NCBI GenBank assembly: GCA_004431415.1
Contig: QPMI01000545.1
Coordinates: forward strand, 124,001 to 188,000
Length of the DNA stretch: 64,000 bases
Direction of reading: 5' to 3'
Source of the DNA: Cyanophora paradoxa CCMP329
Taxonomy: Eukaryota; Plantae; Glaucophyta
Shown piece after piece: positions 23,201-35,700 of this stretch. Position numbers and translations under genes: made by a program. The stretch's first letter is position 1. Every line of letters begins with the position of its first letter. The notes under the pieces were generated by a model. That model was given only the letters and a program-made list of their open reading frames with translations, did not search any database and was not told the origin of the DNA.

Positions 23201-26200
23201 TCGTCTACATCGTTAGAGCAGCTCGCGCCGAACCTAACCTATCCGAGCCACCTCTCCTCAGTTCCTGGACCTAACCTAACCTAACCTAACCGCAGTTCCT
23301 GGACCTGGCGAGCCACCACGCCCTCTGGAACTCCCGCAAGGGCATGGCCATGGCGCGCCCGCCCGCCCCCGCCCGGCCGCTCCTCCTGCACGCCTGACCC
23401 CGCCGCAGGGCTTCGCGCACCTCTCGGAGCAGGCGCGGGAGCAGCTGGCGCCCTACGTCGCCTCCCTCGTGCCCCGCCTCTACCGCTACCAGTACGACCC
23501 CAACCCCAAGGTGAAGGCGAAGAAGAGAACCGTATAAGAAGGGAGCTGACCGCGGCGCACGCACGCTCCGGCGCAGGTCCAGGACGCGATGAGTAACATC
23601 TGGCAGACCCTCGTCCGCCCGTTCCCCCCCTCTTCCCCCCCCCCGCCCTCACTTCGTTCGCAGGTGCCGGAGCCGAAGAAGGCGGTGGACGCGCACTTCG
23701 ACGCCGTCGTCGCGGAGCTCCTGCGCGGCATGGGCGACCGCATCTGGCGCATCCGGTACCCCCCTTTCTCCTTCCACCCTTCGCTCCTCCTCCTCCTCCG
23801 CCCTCCTCCGCCCACCGCCGCCCGCGAAGGGAGGCCTCGTGCCTGGCGCTCGCCGACCTCTTCCCCGGCCGCTCCGGCGACCAGGTACCCCCCCTGGCCC
23901 CCGGCGCCCACCAAACAAGCCTCGCCTCGCTGAGAAGCTGTACCCGGGGCAGCTGTACGGGCACCTGGGGGAGATGTGGGCGATGATTTTCCGCGCCCTC
24001 GACGACATCAAGGAGTCGGTCCGCCCCGCCCCCGGCCCCCCATCCCCCTTCCTATCCACCACTCCGTTGCTTTGTAGAATTAGCGTTGGACCATTCCCCC
24101 TCGCACCACTCGGAGCGCGCGCCTGGCCCCTGCCCTTGCCCCGCGCCTCACGCGGCCCTCCCGCCGGCCCGGCAGGTGCGGAAGGCGGCGCAGGTGGCCT
24201 CGCGCAACATCGCCGGCCTCTGCACGCGCCTCTGCACCCCCGAGCAGAGCAGCCCGAAGGACGTCCAGCGCACCGCCGAGGTCCTCGCCCCCTCCCCTCC
24301 CCTCCCGTTTCTTCCTCTCATTTCCTTTCCTTGCAGATCGTGCTGCCGTTCCTGGTGCAGCAGGGCATCAGCCACGCCGCCGAGGAGGCGCGCCCCCCCC
24401 CCCGCCTCCTTAAAAGCTATCTCCCAAGGAATGATGGCTTCCTAGAAGCCTCCCGGATAGCTCTCGCTCCCTCCCCTCCCCCCACCTCTTAAGCTCCCTC
24501 GGCTTCCCCTCTTCAAAAAGATTCCCGAAGCATCTTAGCTTCCAGGAGATACCTTTCCTCTCCTCGCCTCCGTATAAAAGAGAGGCGCCCGCTCAGCGCC
24601 CTCCTCCGCCAGGTGCGGAAGACGTCGCTGGCGACGCTGCTGAAGATCCTGGGGGCGGCGGGGGCGCACGTCCGCCCCTTCCTCCCCGAGACCGTCCCCG
24701 TCCTCCTCGAGTCCCTCTCCCAGCTCGAGTCCCAGACCATGAACTACATCCAGGTCGGGTCCTTTGCTTTGCCTGCATTGCTTGCTTTACTTTGCGATGA
24801 ACTCTTATTGAGTGAACAGTAAATGAATCTTGAGTAGATAGAAGATAATCGCCTCGCTGAGAACCCCCTCGCGTCCATCTATCTATCGCGCGGCTGACCT
24901 TCAGACGTTCGAACGCGCAGCTGAACGCGGAGAAGTACGACATCAGCCAGGAGACGATCGAGGCGAGCCGGCTGGCGGCCTCCGCCTCGAGCCCCGTCGC
25001 CCGCGCCCTCGACCAGTGCGTCAAGCAGGTCCGCGTACCCCCTTCCTTTCCTTTCCTTTCCTTTCCTTTCCTTTCCTTTACTTTCATCCCAGTGCGACGC
25101 GGGGGCGGTGGAGGCGCTCGTGCCGCGCCTCGCGGCGGCCATCCGCTCGGGCGTCGGCCTCACGACCCGCGGCGGCACCGCCCGCTTCATCACCCAGGTG
25201 TGCCCGAGCCGAGCTAGCCTAGCTTAGTAGTCCAGCCGGGGGCCTGATCATCGCGGCGCGCGCAGCTCGCGGCGACGAGCGCCGAGCTCCTCCGCCCGCA
25301 CTCCCAGCGCCTCCTCAAGGTCCCCCCCCCCCACGCCCGCCCTGCCCGCGCGCCTCACGCCACGCCGCGCAGAGTCTGACGGCGGCAATCGTCGGGGAGC
25401 GGAGCGCCGTGCTGCGCAAGGCGTGGGCCGGCGCCGCCGCCCAGGTCGTCCGCGTCGCCTCCGAGGCGCGCCCGCCCCCCTTCCCCTCCCCGTCTCCCCG
25501 CCTCTTACGCCCCCTCAGGCGCAGGGGGAGGCGCTGGTGGGGACGCTGGCGAAGCTCTTCCTCGACCCGGGGACGCTGGAGGCGCGGCAGACGTGCGGGG
25601 CGGCGCTGCGCGAGCTCGGAAAGCAGGCCCCCGACCTCCTCAAGGCCCACCAGGCCGCCGTGCGCCCAGAGATCAAATGTTTCATTAACTCCTTTCTTAC
25701 TTCCTTCTTTCTTCTTCCTTTCTTTCCTGCGAAGGTTCTGCCCGTGGCGTTCCTCGGGCGCAACGCGGAGGAGAAGGACATGGCCGAGAACTACAAGGAG
25801 GTACACCCGCACCCTTCTCCCCCCCCCCCCCCATTTTTGTTCTCAGCGCGGGGGCAGGTGTGGGAGGAGGTCGCGGGGGGGCACAGCGCCTCCGTTCGCC
25901 TCTTCCTCCCCGAGGCGCGCCGTACCCCCTCTCTGATTCCCCCTCCCCTCTCCCCCCCCCCCTGACGGGCGGGGCAGATCGTGGCGTGCGCGAAGGAGGC
26001 CCTCCGCCACGAGGCCTGGCCCCTCAAGCAGCAGGCGCGCCGTACCCCCGCCTCCCCTCCCCGCTGTACCCCCGCCGACACCGGTACCCCCCCAGGGCGC
26101 CGCGGCGATCCGGGAGGTGGCCGAGGTCCTCGCGCCCCCCAACGGGGCCGCCCCCACGTGCGCCTCGAACCCCGTACCCCCTTGCGCTTCGTGACGGCTG

Positions 26201-27717
26201 CGCCCAGGGAGGCGTCGGCGGGGGGCGAGGCGGCAGCGGGGCACATGGACGACTGCCTCGCCTCCCTCCTCGAGATGGTCCCGTAGCCCCCTCTCTTCCC
26301 GTACCCCTCTTCCCAACGGCGCCCGCAGCTGCCGGGGCGGCTGTGGGCGGGGAAGGAGGAGCTGCTAGCCGCCTTCGCCGCCGTCTGCCGCGTGCGTCTA
26401 CGCCCCCCCCCCCCCCCCCCCCCGCCTCCGCTCGCTTTGCTGGGGGGCCTGACGCCCGCCCTTCGTCCGCAGGCCTCCGCGCCCCGCCTGCTCGGTCCGT
26501 CCTCGGCCTCGGACCGATGAGGGGGCGAGCCCCTCCCCCGGCCCTGAAGCTAAGCGCGCTGCAGGCGGGGAGGACGTGTCGCGGGCGCGGGAGCTGGCGC
26601 GCGCGGTGCTCAAGGAGGCGCAGCGGCCCAAGCGCGACTACCGCGCCAAGTGCGCCCCTGAGTGACTTTAGCGGTCCTTCGGCTCAGCTGAGGCGCCCCC
26701 CCCCCCCCCCCGCTTCGTTCGCAGGGCGCTGGAGGCGCTCGCGGCGGTGCTCGACGCCTTCCACCCGAAGGTCGACATCTTCGACGAGGCCCGTACCCCC
26801 CGAGCCCTCCCCCCCCCCCATCTTTGCTCAGGCGGGGGCCGGGGCGCGCGCAGGTGCGGGAGGCGGTGATGCCGCTGGCGTGCCCGGCGCCCCCCGCGGA
26901 GGACCCGAAGGGCAAGGGCCCCGAGGCGCCGGCGGGGGCGCCCACGGCGGGCCCGAGCGGGGGCCGGCGGACGGAGGAGGAGGAGGCCGAGGCGCGGGAG
27001 AAGGCGAAGCTCGACGACGCCGTCCGCGAGCGCTCCGTCGAGGCCCGCCGTACCCCCGGCCCCGCCCCGCCCCGCCCGGTACCCCCTCCGCCTCTGACGG
27101 CCGTCGGGCGGGCGCAGGCGCTGGGGGCGGCGTTCCGGCCCTCGGCGGCGGGCCAGGCCCCCGCCCTCGCCGCCGCCCTCGCCGCCTCCCTCGTCGGACA
27201 CGCCTTCTCCGTGCGCCTCGCGTACCCCCCGCCCGCTCATCCCCCCTGCCGCTGAGCCGCGGCAGGTGCGGGCGGCGGCGCTGCGGGCGCTGGCGAAGAT
27301 CGCGGGGCGGGCGGGGGCGCCCCTCCCGCCGGCCGCCCTCGCCCCGGTCGCCGAGCCCCTCGCCGCCTGCGCCGCCGAGGTCAAGTCCCTCCAGGCGCGT
27401 AACCACCCCTCTTCCACCCCCCCCCCCCGCGTCCGCCAAGCCGACACGGTACCCCCCGCCCGCCCAGGTGCGGACGGCGAGCCTGGAGCTGGTGCAGGCG
27501 CTGGTGGCGGCGGCCGGCCCCGCGGGCGGCCCCGCCGCCCTCGAGCTCGCCCCCGTCCTCCTCCCCGCCGTCGAGGCGCGCCGCGTACCCCCCCAGGCCC
27601 CCCTTCGGTTTTTTGACCCGCGCTTTTTCGGCGCAGGCGCTGGTGGGGGACCGGGACACGAAGCTCTCGGTACCGGGCCTCAACCTGCGCGCCGCCCTCG
27701 CCGGCGCCCCCAAGTAG
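17231..27717 (+). CDS. ECM29: Proteasome adapter and scaffold protein ECM29 (HEAT repeats); dozens of short introns
   Basis: MEVLSHC|[14 protein letters not shown]; [22 protein letters not shown]|[16 protein letters not shown]; [15 protein letters not shown]|[12 protein letters not shown]; MGDRIWRI|[11 protein letters not shown]; [10 protein letters not shown]|VRKAA; LLESLSQLE; [10 protein letters not shown]. Confidence 0.95.
22141..22222. repeat. Intronic tandem repeat (tttctactaagcttccctatc-like units)
   Basis: tttctactaagc occurs four times. Confidence 0.9.
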
Positions 27718-28659
27718 CCCCCCTGCAGCTGCTCCGATCCCGCCCGGCCCCGGCCCCTTCCGGCCGGGCGCGCTTCCGGGGCCGTAGAAGCACGAAAATG
27801 TATTCTCAAGGCCGACGCCCGCGGCCGGGCGGGCAGGGGCGTGCACGGCTCAACAAGCTTGGTCTCGCTTGCAAGCCTGGGTCTCTTTCGAATTCAGAAT
27901 TCAGAAGTCGTCGTAGCTTGAGCTTGACTTAGGCGCTGGGGCTGAGTCCCGTGGCCAGCACTTCGGAGGCCCAGAACCAGCGGACTCCAGATCTAGATCT
28001 AGATCTCGGAGATCTGATCCATAAATGCATGCGGCAGAAATCTAGATATCGATCTAGTCTCATCATCTAGAGCGCTTTTACTAAAGTTAGACTTCAACGG
28101 TTAACGTTCGCGTTCTAATTAATATAAAGCGCCGGCGCCGGGAGCTCGATCGCGATGGCCGGCGCCACCAAATGCAAGCGCTAGCGCTGGGCCGGGGCCA
28201 AGAGCTTGCGGGGACTCGGAGCCCCTCGTCGTCGGGCCTTTTTGCCGGCCACGTACCCCCCGAGGCAGCTAAGACCCCTTCGGAGCGCAAGGTGCGCCGC
28301 CCAGCAACCGCCCCTGCGTGCACGTCCTGTCCTAGGCGCTGCGTTGTTGTGGTCTCCGCGTGCGCCGGAGACGCCTGGGGGGCGGTCGGCGTTAGTTCTC
28401 GGTAGTTGATACTTGCCGCAGGCTGTTGAGCGGTCCGCGTCCGACGTCGTCTTCCCTCGCTCCATAACGCTTGCCTGGTTCGTCGCCGCGCCGGGGGCGC
28501 ACACCGCCGTCCTCCGGGCCTAGGAGCCTCCCGAGCGACCTCGCGAGCCAGCGGGCCAGGGCGGATCGGTGGAGCGATTAGCGATAGCTCTCCGTAGCAT
28601 GCTTGTCCCGCGTGCCGCTGGCGGCTCGGCCGGCTTCGCTGACGGGCGGCCGCCGGCAG

Positions 28660-31600
28660 AGCACCATGCCGCCCGCCACGCTAAAGTCCACGAAATGGTG
28701 GGCGCCGCGCCCCGCTCCGTTCGCTTCGCTCGAGGCTCACGCTCTCGCCGGCGCTCAGCTACTCCACGCCCGACTGCTCGGGCTCGACGACCAAGACTAG
28801 CACCGAGTCGGGCTCTAAGGCGGAGTCGGTCTGCGGCTCGGGCGACGCATCGGGCAAGGACTACGGCACCAATTCCGCGACCTGCAAGATCCTCGCCCTC
28901 CAGTGCTTCTCCACCGCCGTGCGCCCCGCCCGCGCCGGAGCCGAGTCGAAGTCGTTTAAAAAATAAAGAGATTAGTGTAAAAGAGTTTGTAGAAGCATTA
29001 GGTCAAAGCCAATTATATCAAAAAGAATTCTATACTCCATATCCTAATACTAAAGTATTAGTGGATTCGCGCCGGGCCGAGCGGGGCGGGGCGGCGCGGC
29101 ACAGGACTGCTCGGGCGCCCCCACCGTCAAGACCGAGTTCGACTACTACCAGGAGAAGGGCGTCGACGCCAACGCCGCCATGGCCCGCTGTGCGCCCCGC
29201 GCCCGTCCGCCGCCCCCGCCGGGGCCGAGCTGACGGGCTCGGGGTACGCAGGCCCGGCCGGGACCCTCGCGTACAAGGACGTCGGCACGAGCGCCTGCAA
29301 GGCGGCCCACCAGCCCCTCCAGTGCTTCAAGGACAAGGCCTGGCGCGCCCGCGTACCCCCCTACACCCCCCCCCTCCCCGCCTGGCTGACGCCCCGCTCC
29401 CTCCCCCCGCAGCGCGACCACGGCGACCAACACCGCCTTCGCCACCTAGTGCGCGAGCGGACGCCCGCCCTCCCCCCTCCCGCCTCGTAACGCGGGCGGC
29501 GCGCGCAGCAAGCCGTCGGCGTGCCCGACGGGCTCGATCGCGTACAAGGAGGCGGGCGGCAAGTGCAAGCCCCACCAGCCCTTCAAGTGGTGAGATCTCG
29601 GGCCGGCGCGGGGCGGCGAGGGGCGGAGATCTCGTTCGCTCGCTCACCCGCCGCCCCCGCCCCCGCCCCCCGCAGCTTCACCGAGCCCGGCTGCAAGGGC
29701 ACTGAGACCTCCGCCTTCATCCAGTGCGCCCGCGGCCCCGGCACGGCACGGCACGGCACGGCCCGCGCGTGGCTGACACGGCTGACGCGCAGGAACGGCT
29801 GCACGCGCATCAACTCGGCGAGCTTCATCGACCAGAGCACCGACGGCGCCGTCTGCCAGGAGCGCGCCGCCTGGTGAGGCCCAGCGAGCGGGCGCGAGAG
29901 CGGCCCGGGCGCCCCGCGCCGCCCCGCCCCGCCCGCGCCGCCTGACCGGCCGCAGCTTCACCACGTCCGACTGCACGGGCGACGCGGTGTACCGCTCGTG
30001 CGCGGCCGGCCGCCCGTCGCGGCCCTCCTCTCGGGCGGCGGCTGTTGACGCCGTGCGGGCGGAGTGCAGGGCGACGAGCAAGTGCCCGGAGAGCGCCAAG
30101 TCGTTCAAGGAGCCCGGCGCGAGCGAGTGCACGCCCGTCAAGGAGGTCGAGTGCTTCGCCGGGCCCGGCTGCGCGGGCGACGCGACCCCGGCCTCCTGCA
30201 GGCGAGCAGGCCCCGCCCTCTCTGACGGCGGAGCGCGCCCTTCTCACACAAAGCAGCTCGAAGTGCCCGGCGGAGACCGCGTCGTGGAAGGACGCGACGA
30301 ACGAGGGCGCCAAGTGCAACGAGCGCGCGCAGTGCTTCGACGACGCCTTCGACTGCTCCGGCGAGCCCCGCTACGTCGACGGGTGAGCAGGAGGAGGGGG
30401 AGGAGGAGGGGTACGCATCGCTTAGCTGAGCCTGGGACGCGCGCGCAGGGACGCGGACGACTGCGGCCGCGACGCCAAGAGCTTCAAGGCCTCGTCGGAC
30501 GCCAAGTGCGAGGCGATCAAGCCCGTCACCTGCTGTCCGCCCCGTGCGCTGCCCGCCTGCCTTGCTTTCCTTACGCCGGGGCGCAGTCAAGTTGCCCGGC
30601 TGCGAGGGCGACGCCACCCGCGTCGACTTCTCGTGCGCCCCGGCGCCCGGCCGCCGCGCCCCGCTGCTCTGCCTCTCACGCTGCTTCTCCGGGCAGGTGG
30701 GAGTGCAACACGAAGATGGCGAGCTTCCGGGACGACGCGGCGGCGAACCCGACCTGCACCAACCGCACCGCCTACCACCGCGAGGCCCGCCACCCCCCCA
30801 CCCCACCCCCCCCCCCCCCCCCCCCCCCCCGCGGTCCGGGCGCCCGCTGGTGCGGTCTGACCGGCCCGCCCGTGCCTCGCGCGCGCAGGTGGAGTGCACG
30901 GACGAGCCCTACTACACCGAGGAGTTCTACGGGTGCGGCCCTCCCGCCCGCCCGCCCGCCGTCCCTCCCTCCCTCCCTCCCTCCCGCCCCGCGGTTCATC
31001 TTACGCGGGGGCGCGCGGGGGCGAGCAGGCAGTCGGCGCCGGAGGGCTTCCGCGCGATCGTGCAGGGCGGCGACGACGAGTGCGAGGCGGTCGTGCCCGC
31101 CTGCTACATCAGCTCGGACTGGTGCCTTCCTCCACCTCCTCCTCTGCCCCGCCGTGTCCGTCCTCTCCTCTGACTCTGTCTGACGGGGGGCGCAGCTCGG
31201 GCGAGGCGAGCTACGGCTCGGTCGGCAGCGACGGCGCCGAGTGCCCCGCCGGTGCGCCGATCGACCTGACGCGGTCCGGCGCGGCGCGGCGCGGCGCGGC
31301 TGAGGCGGGGCGGGGGCAGGGACGGGGAGCATGAAGATGGCGGGGGAGGACGTCTGCGTGGCGCCCCTCAAGTGCTACGAGAGCTACGACTGCTCCGGCG
31401 AGGGCGAGGCCGGCACCACCATGGACCCCGAGTCAGCCCGCCCGGCCGGCCCTCGGGCGCCGAGCCCGCCCCCCTCCCTCCCTGAGCCCCGCGGCCCCGC
31501 AGGACGGCGTGCAACGCGGGGAACAAGTACTTCTCGGTCTCGACGGCGGACGGCGGCTGCTTCCGCCGCATGCCGGTCTGCTTCGAGGAGGAGGACTGTA

Positions 31601-32119
31601 AGGGCGACGCCGAGAAGCCGTCCTTCTTCGCCAACGCCAAGGGCGACGGCGTCTGCGGCGACGACACCAAGAGCTACTTCAGGCGAGCGCGCGCGGGCGG
31701 CGCCCCGCGGCCGCCGCCGCCGCCGCCGCTCACGCCGGCCGCAGCAAGGGCTTGACCGAGTCGCCGGCGTGCAAGGTCTACTCCGGGATGGAGGGCTTCG
31801 ACGTCAGCGACGACGACGAGGAGGCGGACGCGCGGCTCGACCAGGAGGCCCAGCAGGCGCCCCCTTCCCTTCCTCCCTCGCTTCCTCGCTTTCACGAGGA
31901 CTCAAACTCTGTCTTACTTAGGTGGAGGAGGCGCCCGAGGCGGAGGCAGCGCACGTCTACGACGACGCGTACGAGAGCTACGAGGAGCTCGCCATCGCCG
32001 TCCCCGACGCCGCCCTCGCCCTCGTGCGCACGCCTCGGCCCGCGCCGCGCCGCCCCCGCCGGGCCGGGCGCTGAGCTCGGGGGCCTGCGGCGCAGGACGT
32101 CCACGACGTCGACGCGTGA
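28660..32119 (+). CDS. Cysteine-rich repeat protein (about 11 four-Cys units) with acidic tail, probably extracellular; 5' end unresolved
   Basis: Spliced units begin C[FY]xxxxCxG ([72 protein letters not shown]); ends ..DVHDVDA*. Confidence 0.8.
28949..29061 (+). pseudogene. apcE: Nuclear plastid DNA (NUPT): fragment of the phycobilisome core-membrane linker gene inside an intron
   Basis: Abrupt AT-rich island translating to [37 protein letters not shown], which matches the ApcE linker (REP) domain motif KEF..PYPNTKV; A/T-ending codons. Confidence 0.9.
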
Positions 32120-32713
32120 TTACTGATCGGCCCTTCTCGGATGCGTCTTTGAATATTAATTCATACCTGTGAATACCATTCGAATCTGGATAGAACACGC
32201 CAGGCTGCGCGGGCGGGGCATGCGCGGTAACGGAGCTCGAGGTGCAAGCCTTGAAGGGGGAAGGCTGGGGATCACCGGGTGGCGGATATGCATGTACATG
32301 CCCAAGCATGCCCAAGTACATGTGCGCATGCAGGGCGCGGCATATGCACGCGCATGCGCGTACGCGTCGGGCGCCAGGGCCTGGGTACATGTACCGTATA
32401 GTGAAGGCGTGAAAGCCAGCGATCAAACCCCGAAGACCCCACTTTCTCTTTCCGGCCGCCGCCCCAGCCTTCGAATTCAGCTGGGCTAGCTAGCTATAGC
32501 ACACCCGATAGGCGCGAATGCGCTGTAAAAAGAAATGCGTTAGAGAGCTAGCGAGCCAGCTTGCGAGTTACGCCTCACGATGAGGCGATGCGCCTGAACC
32601 GTCAGTTACTGGAGCGCGCAGAAGCACAGCAACTCAGTGCGTCTGTAGGCCCGAGGTTTATATGTGCTAGCACTTAGCGAGCTGTGCGGCCCGCTGTGCC
32701 GACCACTTTAGCG

Positions 32714-35700
32714 ATGAGCCGGTCCGGGCGGAGGCCCCGGAGCCGGGCCCGCGGCCTGCCCCCGCTGGAGCCCGACGAGGACGATGCGCTGGTGGCGCTG
32801 CAGGCCCTGCGCGGGACGGCGCTGCGGGACCGGGTGTGCACGGACGCGAACCTGCGGGCGCAGGCGATCCTGGACGAGCTGAACGCGCCGCCGCGCATGA
32901 TCGAGCCGGGGCTCGCGGTGGCGCCCTCGACGGGCTCGCGGAAGCCGCCGAGCATCGGGACCATCCAGTCGCTGCGGAAGTCGATCCTGCGAAGCACGTG
33001 GCGGGGCAGGCGGGCGGGGAGCGTGGCCGCCAGCGTCAGCGACGAGCGGGCGCTGGAGGAGGCGGCGGCGCGCCTCGCGGCGCTCGTGGAGAGCAGCCCC
33101 TCCATCGCCGCCTACGCCGCCCAGAACCCCTCCTTCCGCCCCGTCCGCCCCGCCCCGCCACGCCCGCCCTCGCGCGTCCGGCACCGCCCGCCTGACCGCG
33201 CGCGTCGCTCCCCAGAGCTCGCTGCTGACCGCCGGCGACGTCTTCAAGAAGGGCGCGGCCCCGCCCCTCCCGCCCCCGCCCCGCCCCGCTGCGAGCTGAG
33301 GGCCGGGCCGGCACGCAGGCTTCCAGGACATCTTCCAGGACATCCGCTCCGTGCTGCACTTCAACGGCCGCTGGCGCTCCGAGGTGCCCCCGCTCCCCCC
33401 CCCGCCCCCTCCCGCCCCCGGCCGTCCCTCCCCTCCCCCCCAGCTCTAGCTAGCTCTAGCGACAGCTAGCTCTAGCTAACTGAGAGTGCGCCTCTGACCC
33501 TCCCTCCCGACAGCACACGGAGCTCTCGGCCGGGGACCCCCACATCGACGCCTGCGAGCGGGACCAGTACCGCCACTTCGTCTTCCGCGGTGCGCTTTCT
33601 AAAGGGGCCGCCCGCCCCTTTCCTCCGCCTTCGCCTCACGCCCCGGCCAGTGCTTGAGCCCGGGAGGGTCGACATCACCCTCTCCGCCATCAAGGGGGTA
33701 CGTGCGGACGGACCCTGGGCGTCGCTTTTCCCTCCGCGAACGGCCTCGTTTACGCGTATCCCCCTTGCAGGACCCGGACCTCTTCGTGTGCTGCACGAAC
33801 GAGTACCCCACGCAGGATGCGCACACGTGGCGCTCGGCGGGCGAAGGCTCCGATTCCATCACGCTCTCCTTCGAGCGCGTGCCCACCCTCGTGTACATCG
33901 GCGTCCGCGGCGCCGCCGAGGGCGAGAACAAGGCCCGCCCGCGCCCTGCCCCGCGCCCCAGGCCCCGCCCGTCCTCGCCGCGCACTCTGAAACCCGTACC
34001 CCCGCGCAGTTCCGGCTCACGGCGGGCTCGAAGAAGGTGATTCAGCTTGTACCCGGGGAGCCCGTCGTCTCCTCCGTCAAGCCCGGCAAGTACGCCTACT
34101 TCAAGGTACCCCCCTGGACTTGCCCCTCCCCTCCCCCTTCTCGCTTCGGGGTACGAGCGGCCGGGGCGCGCAGTACCACCACAGCGCCCGCGGCAAGTCC
34201 GTCCGCATCAAGCTCACCTCACTCAAGGCGCGGCGTACCCCCTTCCTAATCCCTCCCCCCGCTCCCATCCGAACGCCGCGTACCCCCCGCAGGGAGACAC
34301 CGACCTCTTCGTGTGCGTCACGAACCAGACGCCCACCGAGGGTCCGTAAACCCACCCCGCAACAACCTCCCCGTACCCCTCCCCTCCCCTGAGTTCCCGT
34401 ACCCCCCCCCCCATCCCGCAGAAAAGTCGACGTGGAAGTCGAACGCGGACGGGGACGACGTCGTCACGATCTGGCCCTCGGACCCCAACTACCGGTGCGC
34501 CGAAAATCGCGATACAAACCGTCGCCGCCCGCCCGGAACCCGGTCTGGTCTGACCGCCGGCCCCGCCCCGCCCCGCCCCGCCCCAAAGCTACGGGTGGTA
34601 CTTCGTGGGGGTACGCGGCTTCGAGCTTTCGAAGACGGACCTCGAGTTCGAGGTCGTCTGCCTCGCCGAGAAGAACGGTACCCCCTTTCCTCCGGCTCGA
34701 AGCCTAGGCCGCGCCGGGCCGGGCCGCGCCGAGCCGGGCCGGCCGCAGCCAAGAAGGACGAGGTGAAGGCGACGCTCGCCCTCGCGGCCAAGAACTACAA
34801 CAAGGTGCCCCTCTGGCTCGGAGCCCGCGCTCCTGGCCCGAGCCGAGCCTCCTCCTCATCCTATTCTTCCCGCAGGACAAGAAGAAGGCGAAGCAGGAGG
34901 AGATGGCGGACGCTGAGCTCTACGGCATCGTTAAGGGCGGTCCGCCCCCGCCCGCCCGCCCGCCCGCCCGCCCGCCCCCGCCCGCTCCCCCTCTTCTTAT
35001 CTTTGGGCGGCAGGGAGCGACGCGGAGGGCGGGATCACCACGGGCGGCGAGGGCGCCTCGTCCGACGGGGAGGCCTCCGGGGACGGTGCGGCCTTTCCTC
35101 CGCCCCCCTCTGAGCCGCCCCCGCCCCGCGCTGGCGCCCGCGGCGCCGGTTGCTGAGCGTGCGGGCGGGCGTGGCAGGCACGGAGGGCGGCGAGGGCGGC
35201 GGCGGCGGGCGGGGCAAGTCGCGCCACAAGAAGAAGCGGAAGGATCGACGCGGCAAGAAGACTCATGCGCAGTGCGGGCCGCCCGGCCAACCCCATCCCA
35301 TCCCCGCCTGACCCCCCGCAGCGCCTTCGGGTCGGTCTCGCGGGCGGGCATACAGTACGGTATCCCCGAGAGCGTCGCCCGCCTCCTCCGGTACCCCCCT
35401 CTCCGCCCCCCCCACCTCCCCCTCGCTTTCCTTAGCCGGCTCGCTTGCTCTCCACAGGGCGGGGCAGGTCCCCGAGGACTCGATCAGCGTCCGGCCCGGC
35501 GCCGCCGCCGGCGCGTCGGGGGCGGCGTCGGGGGCGGCTTCCGGGACGGCGACGCCGGGCGAGAGGCTCGCCGCGCCGCCGCGGTCCGTGCTGCTGGCCT
35601 CGCTCCTTGAGATCACCTCGGAGGGCCCCGAGGGGCCCTCGGCCTCCGAGGCCGAGCCGGGGCGGACGGGGCCCGGGGCGCGCGGACGGCGCGGGGCGCC

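Noticed and set aside
28569-29705. ORF containing an ApcE-like peptide, suggesting a nuclear-encoded phycobilisome linker
   Set aside because: Only 37 codons match. They sit inside an intron of a different gene, and the rest of the ORF is off-frame noise.
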